From Lama guanicoe (lineage: Eukaryota): 64,000 bases of DNA. Shown here in pieces: positions 40,404 through 55,400 of the stretch (positions within the stretch are counted from its first letter, which is position 1; every line of letters starts with the position of its first letter). The stretch is taken from the NCBI GenBank assembly GCA_013239625.1, contig MU055362.1, forward strand, positions 16,599,405 to 16,663,404. Reading direction: 5' to 3'. The translations under genes and the position numbers were made by a program. Under the pieces are notes generated by a model that was not told the DNA's origin, made no database searches, and saw only the letters and a list, made by a program, of their open reading frames with translations.

Positions 40404-41049
40404 ACCCTCAGGGTCACCCTAGATCCTCTGCCTCACAAGAACAGACTGAGCCCCTCCCCTTGTAGAGACCCCCTCTTCTGTCCTTGCCAGGATCCCAGCC
40501 TCCTGGGGCACCAGGAGACTCCTCCCCTTTCTGGCAGCCTGCCCAGAAGCTCAGGCAGCAGCTGGACTCAGCGTGTGTGTAGGGGTAGGGGGTGGGGCAG
40601 GGAGGGAGGCAGAGGGCCACTGCCCACTCCTTCGTTCCCTGGGGGGAGGGGGGCCGTCCTCCCTTCTACCAGAGGGAGATAGGCCCACTCTGGGATTGAG
40701 GGGATATGTACACTCATTCATTCTCTGGGGAAGGGGGCATGAGTGGGGTTTCTGCTACACAGGGGGGAGGAGCAAGGAGGGATGGTAGTAGGAAGGGGAC
40801 TAACCCGCTCTCCCGCAGCTTCTCCCCAGGCTGGAGGTACTGGTCAGGGGCTGCTGTACACTACCATCCAGAATAGCGCCCCCACTCGGATAGCTTCAGG
40901 GATGGGGGCACCATATTCGGAAGAAGGAAGGCGAGAAGCCCAGGTAACCCCACCCCAGCCCACGTCTCTCGTCCTCCTGCGCTACCCCGACTCCAGGGGG
41001 CGTTGTGTTCTCATTCCTGGGAGAGGGCTGATCACCTCGAGGCGGAGAA

Positions 41050-41800
41050 TGGAATACAGCCCGGCAAGATACCTTGCAAATTTGCCCGGTACCGGGTAGG
41101 GAAGTTCCCATCCTGAGGCCGGGGTGGGGGCAGCACACCCTGCTAGCCTGCGTAGCGATCACGTGCTCGGCGCCTGTTTACGTCTTAGTCTTCACCTGCC
41201 AGAGGCCAGGAAGCAGGAACCTCCGGAGGTGTCCCACCCGGCCCGCCCCCGTCAGCGGTCACTGGGCGGCCCTATTCGGCCACCCCCATCAAGTACGCGA
41301 CAGCAGCGAGCCCTGCCCGCTGGGGGTCGCGCGGGCCAGTGGCGCTGCTCCACGGACTGCAGGCGTAACTCACTCCTCTCCTGAGTGCACGTGTGTTCAT
41401 GTGTCTCAAGTGCGCGCGTGGGTCTGCGTGCACGCGTAGGTGGGCCCGTCAGTGTGTTTCCGTGTAGGTTCCCGGGTCAGACTCCTCGCCTGCGCCCCCC
41501 AGACTGGGGACCCCTCCTCCTCACCCCAATCCCCAGCTTCTCCAACTGGTAAAGTTCGCTCGGGAGAAGATTCTGAGGGAGGCGAGAGTTCCTACTCTGC
41601 GGCCCCACCACTCACTCACCCAGAGCCACCTGCGCCGCTGCTCCAGCTCCCGTCTGGCTCCTGCTCCAGCGCGGGCACCTCCTCGCTGCAGATCCGCCGG
41701 CTCCCAAGCCCGCTCGGGGCTGCGGTCTCCCAGCGCCCGCCTGGCCGGCCTTGGCGGAGCGGGGCGGGGCGGGGCGGCTGAGGCCGCGCCCCCGACCCAG
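41050..41800 (-). promoter_or_regulatory. LZTS2: LZTS2 distal CpG-island promoter and non-coding first exon
   Basis: Tandem GC boxes GGGGCGGGGCGGGGCGG at 41761-41777; minus-strand donor G|GTGAGT with exon end at 41620. Confidence 0.6.
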
Positions 41801-43962
41801 GCAGGGGAGTGGTCTGCTCAGCACCCCTTCACCAGCCGACCCAGTACCCAGCCCAGATGTGGCTCGACGGTGGCCCAAGACTGCACCTCTGGCCTCTGAC
41901 TTCACAGCTTACTGGATTTGGCTTTCGACCTGGGGACGGGGCCAGCGGCACTTGACCGACAGCTGAGCTATCTGGCTGCCCTAACCAAGTAGGCTAGAGG
42001 GCTTTACTGCCACCCTCCTCTGCTCTGTAGGGACCCCAACCTGGTCCACTCTCAGCCCACTCCCCAGACACAGGGAAAACCCCTGGGAAGCAGACAAAGA
42101 AGGCTCGGGTTTCACCAAAACAGACTCCGCCCTTCCTCACATACACACCTCGAGGTTGGGCTGCCCAAGCAGAACTGGCACCACCCCTACCCAGGAGTAG
42201 GTGTCTGCCCAGGTGAGCAGGTCTGCCAGTTTTGGCCCCCCACAGAGTACGGCCAGGCTTCTCTTACACTCATAAAGTTCCACCCACAGGCACAAACAGG
42301 AAGTTGGCCTGTATTGCAGGGAGGCACCAAGGGCTCCCTCCCTCCATGGCACCCAAGGCAGCCTGTGGGAGGGCCGACTGTGATGTCTGCAGGTATCTGG
42401 GCCATATTTGCAGCCTGAGTACTTGGGCAGCAGGAGTCTAGTGAATTTAGTCCTTTTTCAAATCCATCCCCAGTAAAGGGATGAAGGACCAAAGCTGCCC
42501 CCTCACAGCCAAGTGTGACACTGAATCTGAGGAAAGGGCTGCAAATCCAGCAGGACCCTGCTCTTCCAGGCTCTTCCTGAGCTCTCGGGGAGATTCTTAT
42601 CATCCAGCTGGGCACAGGCAGAGTACTGATCCCAGCCCACGTAATTTGCCTCAATCCACTTTGGCTGGGTACAGAGACAGTGGCTCCCAAGGACCTTCCA
42701 CAGGACCCAGGGATTACTGATTGCTTTTTAGGCTCCAGGAACTTCTGAGCATCTTTGGGCTAATTTTGATGTGACTTTAAGACAGGTGTGGAATGGAATG
42801 TGTTTGGGTAGGGAGTGGGGCTGGGGGAGTTTTAGTTTCCCTTCCCCCCATCACCTGGTTTGTGCTCTGTGGGGATGTCTGCCAGGAGGGTAGGGCAAGA
42901 TAGGCAAGTGTATATCTACCCTTCTATCCCCAAATCACAGAGCCCTCACAAAACCCCCCTAATGGAAATCCCTAAAGGATTTCTTGAGAACACACCAGGC
43001 ATTCTAGGGAGACCAGAATGTGGAACCTACATCCTTTATAGGTAGGATAGACCTGGTGGTGTATGTCTGGAAGGCATGGCTGACATTCAGTGTTACAGAC
43101 CATGGAAGAGGCCTAGACCAGCCAGCGGCTGGGAATGATTACTGCAGGATTAGGAGGCCTGGCTCCAGCCAGTCTGGGAGAGACCCCCAAGAAGGGAGGC
43201 CCTGGAGGAGCTCTCCCCTCCCTTCCCCCAGAGAACAGCTTTGCCCCAGAGTCTGTTTCAGGAGACAATTGTAGCCACAGTTCTCACACGCAACAGACCA
43301 GAGACCCCAGACCCTTCCACAGAGTTCTGGAAGCTCTCTCTTAGATTGACAGGGAGATCTTGGTAAGGTATACCTGCTTCCAGGAAGCAGGAACCACCCT
43401 CACCCCCTTACAAAAGGCTTCTCCCAGCCCCCTTAGAACATCTTGCATTCTCATCACTCTTGCAGGCAAATCTAAAGGGAAACTAGGATTTTAGGATATC
43501 AGAGGAAGTGAGATGGGAAAGTGTCATTATTTAGAAATATTCCTGACAGGGTCTCTGGGTAAGTTATTTTACAGTCTACTTCAGGGCTTCTTAAAAATGA
43601 ACCTCCAGAAATAGCGCACCAGGACTGAGGGGAGAGCAGGGCCTAGGTTGTACACTTCTAAACAAGAGCCCCAGTTCTGACACACACTAACATAAGAGAA
43701 ATGCTGAGAGGGTACAAGAGGAGGGAAACGGACAGGGAGGCCAGATAAGAATATGCTGAGCTTGAGTCCACAATGAGAAGCCAGTGAGTGGCTTGTGTCA
43801 CAGAGGGACAGCTGGTCAGGCAAGGCCTTGGCATGTGGCCCAGTGACCCACACCTCTGCCAGGGATCACATGGATATCCTCAGGGAAGATAGGGATAAAG
43901 AGGCACCATCCTGTCTTCCCTAGGCCATGAAGAAGTGTAAGGGGGTGTGTACATGAAGACCC

Positions 43963-43968
43963 TTTAAT
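43963..43968 (-). terminator. Candidate TWNK poly(A) signal
   Basis: ATTAAA on minus strand about 1.05 kb after the stop codon. Confidence 0.45.
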
Positions 43969-44422
43969 GCTCCTGCTTTCTGGGGAGCACACAGCTCCGA
44001 CTACAGGGAAGGGGGGGCATCCAACCCCAATTCAAAGTAAGAAAGTCCAGTAAAGACTGGGGAGACACCTGGTGGACAAACAAGAAAAAGCACAGAAACA
44101 AAGGCAATGGAAAAAAAAATTTTTTTTTTTTCAGTAAAACTAGAAAAGGCTCTACAAAAAAGTCATGATTGCATCCACTCCAGCAGTCTAAGGCAGCACA
44201 CCATGTGACCAGTGTCCAGGTGGCAGGCACTCTGGGCTCCCAGCTTCCTTCCATGACTCTCGCCAAGCTTCCACCTTTGAGGTCCTGGTATCACAAAGGC
44301 CAGGCACCCAGACCTAATGGTAGTAAGCACCATCGCAGGCTCAAGAGTGGGGAGTAGAGGAGCTTGGTACCTACCATGTCACCCTTGGCTTTGAAAGCCT
44401 GGGCTAAAGTTTTGGCAAGAAG

Positions 44423-44503
44423 TCAGGGGGCCTGACCCCACTGCTTTGAACTCAACCTGCTCATTCAGGGGAACTGACCCCACTGCTTTGAACTCAACCT
44501 GCT
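44423..44503. repeat. 42-bp-period tandem duplication
   Basis: CTGACCCCACTGCTTTGAACTCAACCTGCT exact at 44432-44461 and 44474-44503. Confidence 0.9.
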
Positions 44504-44860
44504 TGTTCCTACCTCAGGGCCTCTGTATTTACTCTTCCCTCTGCCTGGATCCCTCTTTCTCCAGATGTTCAAATGGCTCAATCCTAGTTCTTGTGGCCCC
44601 AGCTCAAATATCAAAGAGACACCATTTCAGACCTTAATTTAAACTAGTCTGTAAGCACTATCACATTACTGTCTTTTTCTTTAGAGCATTTTTCACTATC
44701 TAAAATTATGTTTCATGTATATATGTTCACTGCTTGTTTTGTCTCCTCTACCAGATTACAGGTTCTGTGGAAGCAGGGACCTCATCTGTCTTGTCTATGA
44801 TCTAGAACAAAGTCTGGCACCCAGTGGTTCTCAAATATCTGCTAAACTGAATTCTCTTGC
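44500..44860. mobile_element. L2 fragment in the TWNK 3' UTR
   Basis: CCTCAGGGCCT...TTCCCTCTGCCTGGA...GCAGGGACC...TCTGGCAC...AAATATCTGCTAAACTGAA, typical of an L2 3' end. Confidence 0.6.
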
Positions 44861-45014
44861 AATGGAACCCTGCTCTAGGCGTGGTCCCTCAGACTGAGAA
44901 GGGCCCATAGCTAAGGACCACAAGACAGTGGCAGCCCTAGCAGAGGACTAAGAAAGAGTCTCTACCCCAGCCTGTCCTGCTAGGCTCATTTTAGTGTCCA
45001 GCTCTGCAATGCCT

Positions 45015-48613
<3,599 letters not shown>

Positions 48614-48949
48614 TTCTAGTCAAATGGAGGAAGTCACTGCCTGAAATGTCTTATGTGCTCGGTTCGGGTGCCTTCACTAGGTCAGACCCTGGGGATCCTC
48701 CAAAAAGCACTCCTCTTCCTCTGAATCCGCTTCAGCCCCTCTACATTGCCGCTTCACATCTATGGCCCAGGACACGACCCTTGCACATCCGCGTCCCTGT
48801 GGCCGGTTCCCTACCTCTGCGGTCCTCCACAGCTTTTCCCCCGCCGCGCCCCTCCGCCACCCTCTGCGGCGCCCCTCGTGCCTCGCCGATAGAGTTTCTC
48901 TAGATCATCTCCTCGCCACTACTGCCCCTCCACGTTGTCATCTTTGCGG

Positions 48950-49313
48950 CCGCTAGCGTCCTTCTCGTAGTGTCTCTGCTGAGCCCCCTGCTAGAGGCCT
49001 GATCCGCTGCTCCTTCCCTCAAGGGAACTCCAAGCGACCGGAGCGCCACTCCGCCGCTCCCGCCGAGCTCCGTGCCCAGAGAGATGCCTGTCGCGCCTCA
49101 GCCGCGTGGCTTCTTCAGCCCCGCGTCATCACTCTCAGCCCACCCCTGTCACTGGCAACGTGGGTCACTTGTGCGCGCCAATCGCCGTGACCTCGGAAGC
49201 AAAACTGCCGCGGCTCGAGTGTTCCCGGAACCGGAAGCCCCGGGTTAGTCCCTGCCCCGTTTCTCCAGGCTCGGCTCGTCTCGGCTCGGCTGGGCTGTCC
49301 TGGGTCTGTGGCC
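48950..49313. promoter_or_regulatory. Bidirectional TWNK/MRPL43 promoter
   Basis: Head-to-head ATGs about 700 bp apart; ETS/GABP CGGAAG 49194-49199 and CCGGAACCGGAAG ~49225-49237; CCAAT 49178-49182; NRF1-like TGCGCGC 49172-49178; TGACCT half-site 49188-49193. Confidence 0.8.
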
Positions 49314-49998
<685 letters not shown>

Positions 49999-51006
49999 AG
50001 AGTTGCCCCACCAACTCCAATCCCAGGCTTTGGACTCAGCCCAGTAGAGGTGATTCTTCCCCAACTGGTTCACGGGATTCCAAGCCCAGGTAGACAGATG
50101 GAGCCCACCAAAGGCAAAGTTGATGCCAAAGCTATTGCTTGGAATAAAGAAGAGCTGCCTGTTTCTTTTTGGTGCCCACTGAGAGGGGCAGTGACTTTGT
50201 GAGTCTCCTAATTGTTACCCAGTTGACATCCCTGAAACCTGAGAGTCTTCAAGGATCTTGCTGTGTCTTCCTCTCTGGAATCAAAATCGATAATAGAGTT
50301 CCCAGATCACAGTGAGGGTTTTCAGGTTTGACTTCTGAAGAATCTCCTATGTCCTGTTTCTGCAACCATTGACCTAGAGAGAGCTAGCACCTTATACTCT
50401 GCTGTGAGCCTGGAACTGGGCTAGTCCATGTGTATCTTTGTGAACGTGTGTGTGCAGATTAGAAAACTGAAGTTAATAAACTTGCCAAGGTCACACTTGA
50501 ACTCTTATTTCCAAATACGTGCATATTTTAACTATAACCCCCTTTTTCTTTTTATTATACTAAAACCAGAAGCAGAATGAGTAATAACTCTTCAGGATGG
50601 TGTATTATCAATGGCTATGTGATTAATCTAGGCCTGACCCTTGGAGAGAATGTTCTCAGGCCAGCGGATAAATAGGCAGCATTTTCTAGGCTTAACTAAA
50701 AAAGGAGGGGGGCAGGGCCAGCGTGGGGAAAAGATTGAGAAGGTAAAAACCTAAAATCCTCTGTATGAATCTTGGACTGTTGTAATTTTGCTTGTCATGC
50801 CCTTATCACCATCAGTAAACAGCGAGAGCCTTTAAGTACTTGCCCAGTCAGGATGGAAGCAGAGGATCCTAATTTCCTCTGCAAATGGTTTTGTGGGAAG
50901 CAAAGCCAACCCTGCTGCACCTTTACCCGAGGCTCAGAAGCTGGTCCCCTGGGAGAAGGCCAGACTAGACCAAGCAGACCACTCATAGGTGTGGGGAAAG
51001 AGGGTA

Positions 51007-51012
51007 TTTATT
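51007..51012 (-). terminator. Candidate SEMA4G poly(A) signal
   Basis: AATAAA on minus strand about 1.4 kb after the stop codon. Confidence 0.55.
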
Positions 51013-51808
51013 AACCAACAGTGGGGGGAGGAGCTGAGTCCAGGCTCCCCATTCTGTCACATGCCAGTCCCGCCTTCCTGGGTGGTGAGCGGGGGGCATT
51101 CCTAAAGAAGTGTAGCCATCTCACAATAAATACATTCATTGTGGGGTGGAGGTGGGAGAGGTTGGGTGAAGGGCAGTAAAAATCCGTGGGAGTCCACGTT
51201 CTCAACTACAAAAATAACAGTCATCCTCACCCAAGGGGAATGTTGGAGCTCAGTCAGGTTTTGATTGTCCCTTATGGGCCTGGAGACTTCAGAGGCCCCT
51301 GGACCCTGAAAGTGCCCCGGTGAGGTAGGACAGGGGTGGGAGCCAAGCATCCAAACTCCCAGCCTCTGCCCTTTGCATAGTTCCAAGAACGGGCTTCATG
51401 TGCCAGGTGAGACATCAGATCTCTCCTCCCCTTACTCTGGTCTAGGGATAGCAAATGCTTGGTCCCCAAAGGGAGGCTGGCTCAATGAGTGCAGTGTTGG
51501 TCACCCGTCCAGAGGAAGTGTCTGTGAGGACAGCTAAACAGGAGAGACTCTCCCTCTGAAATGTTCATGGACCAAACCCAACAGACACAGGTCCGAGGCA
51601 GCAAGGGGAGGCTCAGAAGGTGCATGTGAGTGGAAATGTAAGCACATGTCCATGAGGAAGGGACATGCCTGGAACACTGTCACTCTTGAGAGTGACCAAG
51701 GGGGTGGGAAGGCTGACTCACAAGGGCTGCACATTAAGGGAGAGGAGGGAATGATGCAGTCTTACCTCCCCAGGCTGGCCTGTTCCCAAGCTCTTGCTAA
51801 AGAGGTCA

Positions 51809-52089
51809 TCACATGGGGCGGGGACTACGAGAGAGGACTAGATAGGATGGGATGTGGCAATTGGGAGGACACCCAAAGTCCAGAAGAAGGGATGAAACAC
51901 CAAAATGCACCAGGAGGTGGGGGTGGGAGACCTGCAGCCCAGCTAATAGACATTCTTCCACGTGTGCATGTGAATGTACGTGTGGCTCTGGTGGCTGGCA
52001 AAGGTCTTGTCTGTTTTCAGGACCATTCAGCACATGGGGCCATGCAGAGGGTGGTGACATTGAAGCCATCTGGATCTGCAGAGCCCTGC
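51809..52089 (-). CDS. SEMA4G: Alternative terminal exon of SEMA4G (would give a product without Ig and TM)
   Basis: Polypyrimidine-CAG acceptor at 52090-52092; phase fits the 54663 donor; encodes GRALQIQMASMSPPSAWP..., resembling the recalled human short isoform. Confidence 0.5.
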
Positions 52090-52443
52090 CTGGGAGAAAG
52101 AGGAAGGGTTTGAGCTGATGGACGGGGCAGGAAGATGGCATCCTTTCTTCCCAAATGCTTAGGTTAAAAGGGATTAGGAGCTGGGTCTGAGTGTGCAGAG
52201 CCTGAGGGAGCACCTACCTCTGAGGAGCACCGGTTGGCCTGGGCTGCTCACAGATGGGTCTGTGGAGACTGAGAAGGGGACTTTGGCTGGGCCTGACTCT
52301 GGCCAGCCCTACGGGGACATCAAAACGTTGGGAGAAGGGCCTGGAGTTAGGGGGTGAAGGTAGGGTGGCTGCACTGGGGAGGCAGCAGCCCAGCCTGGGG
52401 CAGCCAGGCTGGTTTAGAAGAGCATTTATCCTAGGGGCTGGGC

Positions 52444-55400
52444 TCAGACAGAGCTCTCATCCAGGTGCTCTACGAGCTGCGTGTGCTTCCTCTTCTCCAG
52501 GATGCGGCTGAGCTCCTCTGCGAAGGAGCAAGGCCCTGCCGGCACGCCATTGTTGCTCTGCCTCAGGAGCACGTAGCTGTTGCCATTCATCCTACGCAGC
52601 CGGCTGGGCAGTGCTGCCAGCCCAGTGGTCAGCTCAGCTGGTGGGGGTGGGGGTGGCGGGGGCGGTGGGGCTGGGGCTCCCTCCCCGGGGATGATCTGGA
52701 GGCAGCCACCCTGCAGGCCCCCAGGTGCCTCCCCATCATCGCCCTCATATTCCTCTCCAGGACACTGGCCTGAGACTGTCTGCAGCTGCACAGCAGAGCC
52801 CCCTGCCCGGCAGGCTCGACCCAGTGAGTATTTCCGTCGGTGTCCTCTTCCACCTCCCCGAAGACAGGCCACATAGAAGAGGGAGGAAGCGAGGATGAGG
52901 CAGAGGCCACCAAGTGCAGCAATGGCTAACACATAGAGCAGCCTCACATCAGGTGCCAGTTGTGCCCCAGGCATTGCAGGGGCTTGTGGAGCTGGGGCAG
53001 GAGTGGCTGGCCGCACCGTGAGGCTGTAGGAGGCCAGCAGGGTGCGGAGGCCGTTCTCTTCAGCATAGCAGCCATAGTTGCCACTGTGCCCAGGCTGTGT
53101 GTCTGTTACCAGTAGCCCATCCACGCCCACGCGGTAGCCATCCTGCCCATCGCTCAGGCCCATGCTCCCATTGAGCAGCCACAAGGCCCGGGCCAGGTTG
53201 GACGGCTGGTCACAAGGCAATAGGACATCATCACCCCGGAGCACAGAACGGGTCTTCAGTGGTGGTGGTGGCCCTAGAGGGAGTGGGAGACAGTGAGATT
53301 GGTCAGTGACTGCCTATCCTGAGAGGGTACTGGAGATGGCAAGCCAGATGGTTCACTGTACATCCCCAGCACCAAGCACAGAATCTGGAATCACGGTGCT
53401 CACGCTCCCACATAAGGTTCACATTGGCCCTTCCCAGCGGTTTCAGTCCCTGCTGTCTGCCAGTGATTCCTCATCTCTACCTCCTGCATGGAGCTCTCTT
53501 CTGAGCGTCAGACTTGAGTATCTTCCACATGCTAGGCATCTCCATGTGTGGTCTCTTGGACATGTCACAAGAAGTAAGGCCAAAGCCTCCCTCCCAAACT
53601 ACACCAGGTCTTTTTCCTGAATTGTCATCACCATGAATGGCACCACCAGCCATTTCCCAGAGACCTTCGAGTTCCCTTTGCCTCTCTCTCCCTCCCCTTT
53701 GTCTCTAACCCTCACAGAGATTCTGCTTCTAGAATCTATTTCAGACCTGTTCATATCTCTCCTTCCCAACTGCTGGCCCACTCTGGCCCCCATCTAATCT
53801 ATTCTCCAGGCAGCAGTGGGGTGACCTTTTAAAAACATTAAGGAAATCATGCCACTCCCCTGCCTCAGCACTGTCCCTGCCCATTTCTCCAGTCTCTTCT
53901 CTTGTTGCTCAAACACCAAGCTTGCTGTGCCTGCTATTCCCTCTGCTTTGGTATCATCTCCTCCCCATGCTCTCTGCTTGCCCAGTTAAATTGCAGGAGA
54001 GAGCACAGCCATGATCCAAAGCACAAACTCCAGTCAGCCTGCTTGGGGTCAGGTTCAAATTCTGACCCTGCTGCTTAATAACTGATTAACTTTGGGCAGT
54101 TTACTTATTCTCCCTGTGCCTCAGCAAGGTTGCCCCTCATGGAGATGGTAATAATGGTACCTTTCCAATAGGAATGCTGTGAGAACAAGTGAGATTGTGC
54201 ATGTAAGTTTTTGATCAGTGCTTGGCACATGGTAAGTACTCAGTACATATTAACTATAATTATTAACTTTTGCTTTTGCTTCAGATATCAGCTTAGCCAT
54301 CTGATCTTCCTTGGGAAGTACCTATTATCCTTCAAACCCTTGTCATAGTTGTAATTACTTCTTTTGTAACCAAAACCAGTGAAAATAATAATTAATTTTT
54401 TTGTGTGATCATTTGATTGCCTGCTCACACATTTGGCTGTAAGCTCCAGGAATGACATGAAACTTCATATCTTGAGCCTATTTCCTCCTTTATAATTTTT
54501 TGGGGCAACAAATGTTTGTTAAGCATTTACTCTGTGCTAGGTCATCCTCACTGAAAGCACAGACACAGCCATTCAGATACATACATGCACATACAAATGA
54601 CAAATGGTAAAGAGAAAAGGCTATGTGCAGCCAGACCCACACACATCCATGATGTCACTTACCTGTGTCCCTGTCCCTGCCCTCACATCCTCGGTTTCCT
54701 CTCTCTATGTCTTGTATCAATGTTGTCCTGGAGACAGAAGATCAGGATTCATGAACAAGGGAACTGGGCTTCAGTTCCCCCAGTGGAAGGGTCAATAAGT
54801 GGCCTTTTACCAACAATTGGCCCCCATTCTCCATAGCTGGGCTGGCAGGTCTTCCTCCTCCCCTCAGGCCTTGATCCCCTGGGTGCATAGGACCCTCACA
54901 GCCCCCTATAACCTCCCACCTGCTACCCTGGGACCTGTTTGCTATAGTGGTGATCGCTGTGCAGGTGTGGGTGCTGGGGTCCCAGCCACAGTAGGGATCC
55001 CGGGCCAGAATGCAGTCGTAGCAGGAACGGTAGCGGAAGCAGCTGGACAGTGGTAGCTGGATGACTCCACTAGGGGCCCCCACGTAGAGGCTATGCTAGG
55101 AACCAGAGAGGACAGCTGGTTGGCAACACCCTCCTCCCACTTACAGACACACATACATCCAATGCCAGCCTCCCCACTCCTTCCACCTATTCTGGGAAGT
55201 CCAGAATATTGAGGGTTAGGAGTCAGGGGCTACCTGCATCCGAGAGATGACCAGATTCTCCACAGACTGGGGCTCCTTGAACACTTGTGTCTCTTCAGTA
55301 ATGTGCATCCCAGAGCCCAGGACCACAGCTTTGTGGATCCAGCCATCAGCTGGTAGGGGAAGGACAGAAGGTCAGACTCTGACAGTGGAATCTACTCTCA

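Noticed and set aside
44111-44131. A9/T12 hairpin resembling an intrinsic terminator
   Set aside because: Eukaryotic 3' UTR homopolymers; no basis for a terminator call.
44432-44503. CRISPR-like direct repeat pair
   Set aside because: Only two copies with a 12-bp spacer in a mammalian UTR; a simple tandem duplication.
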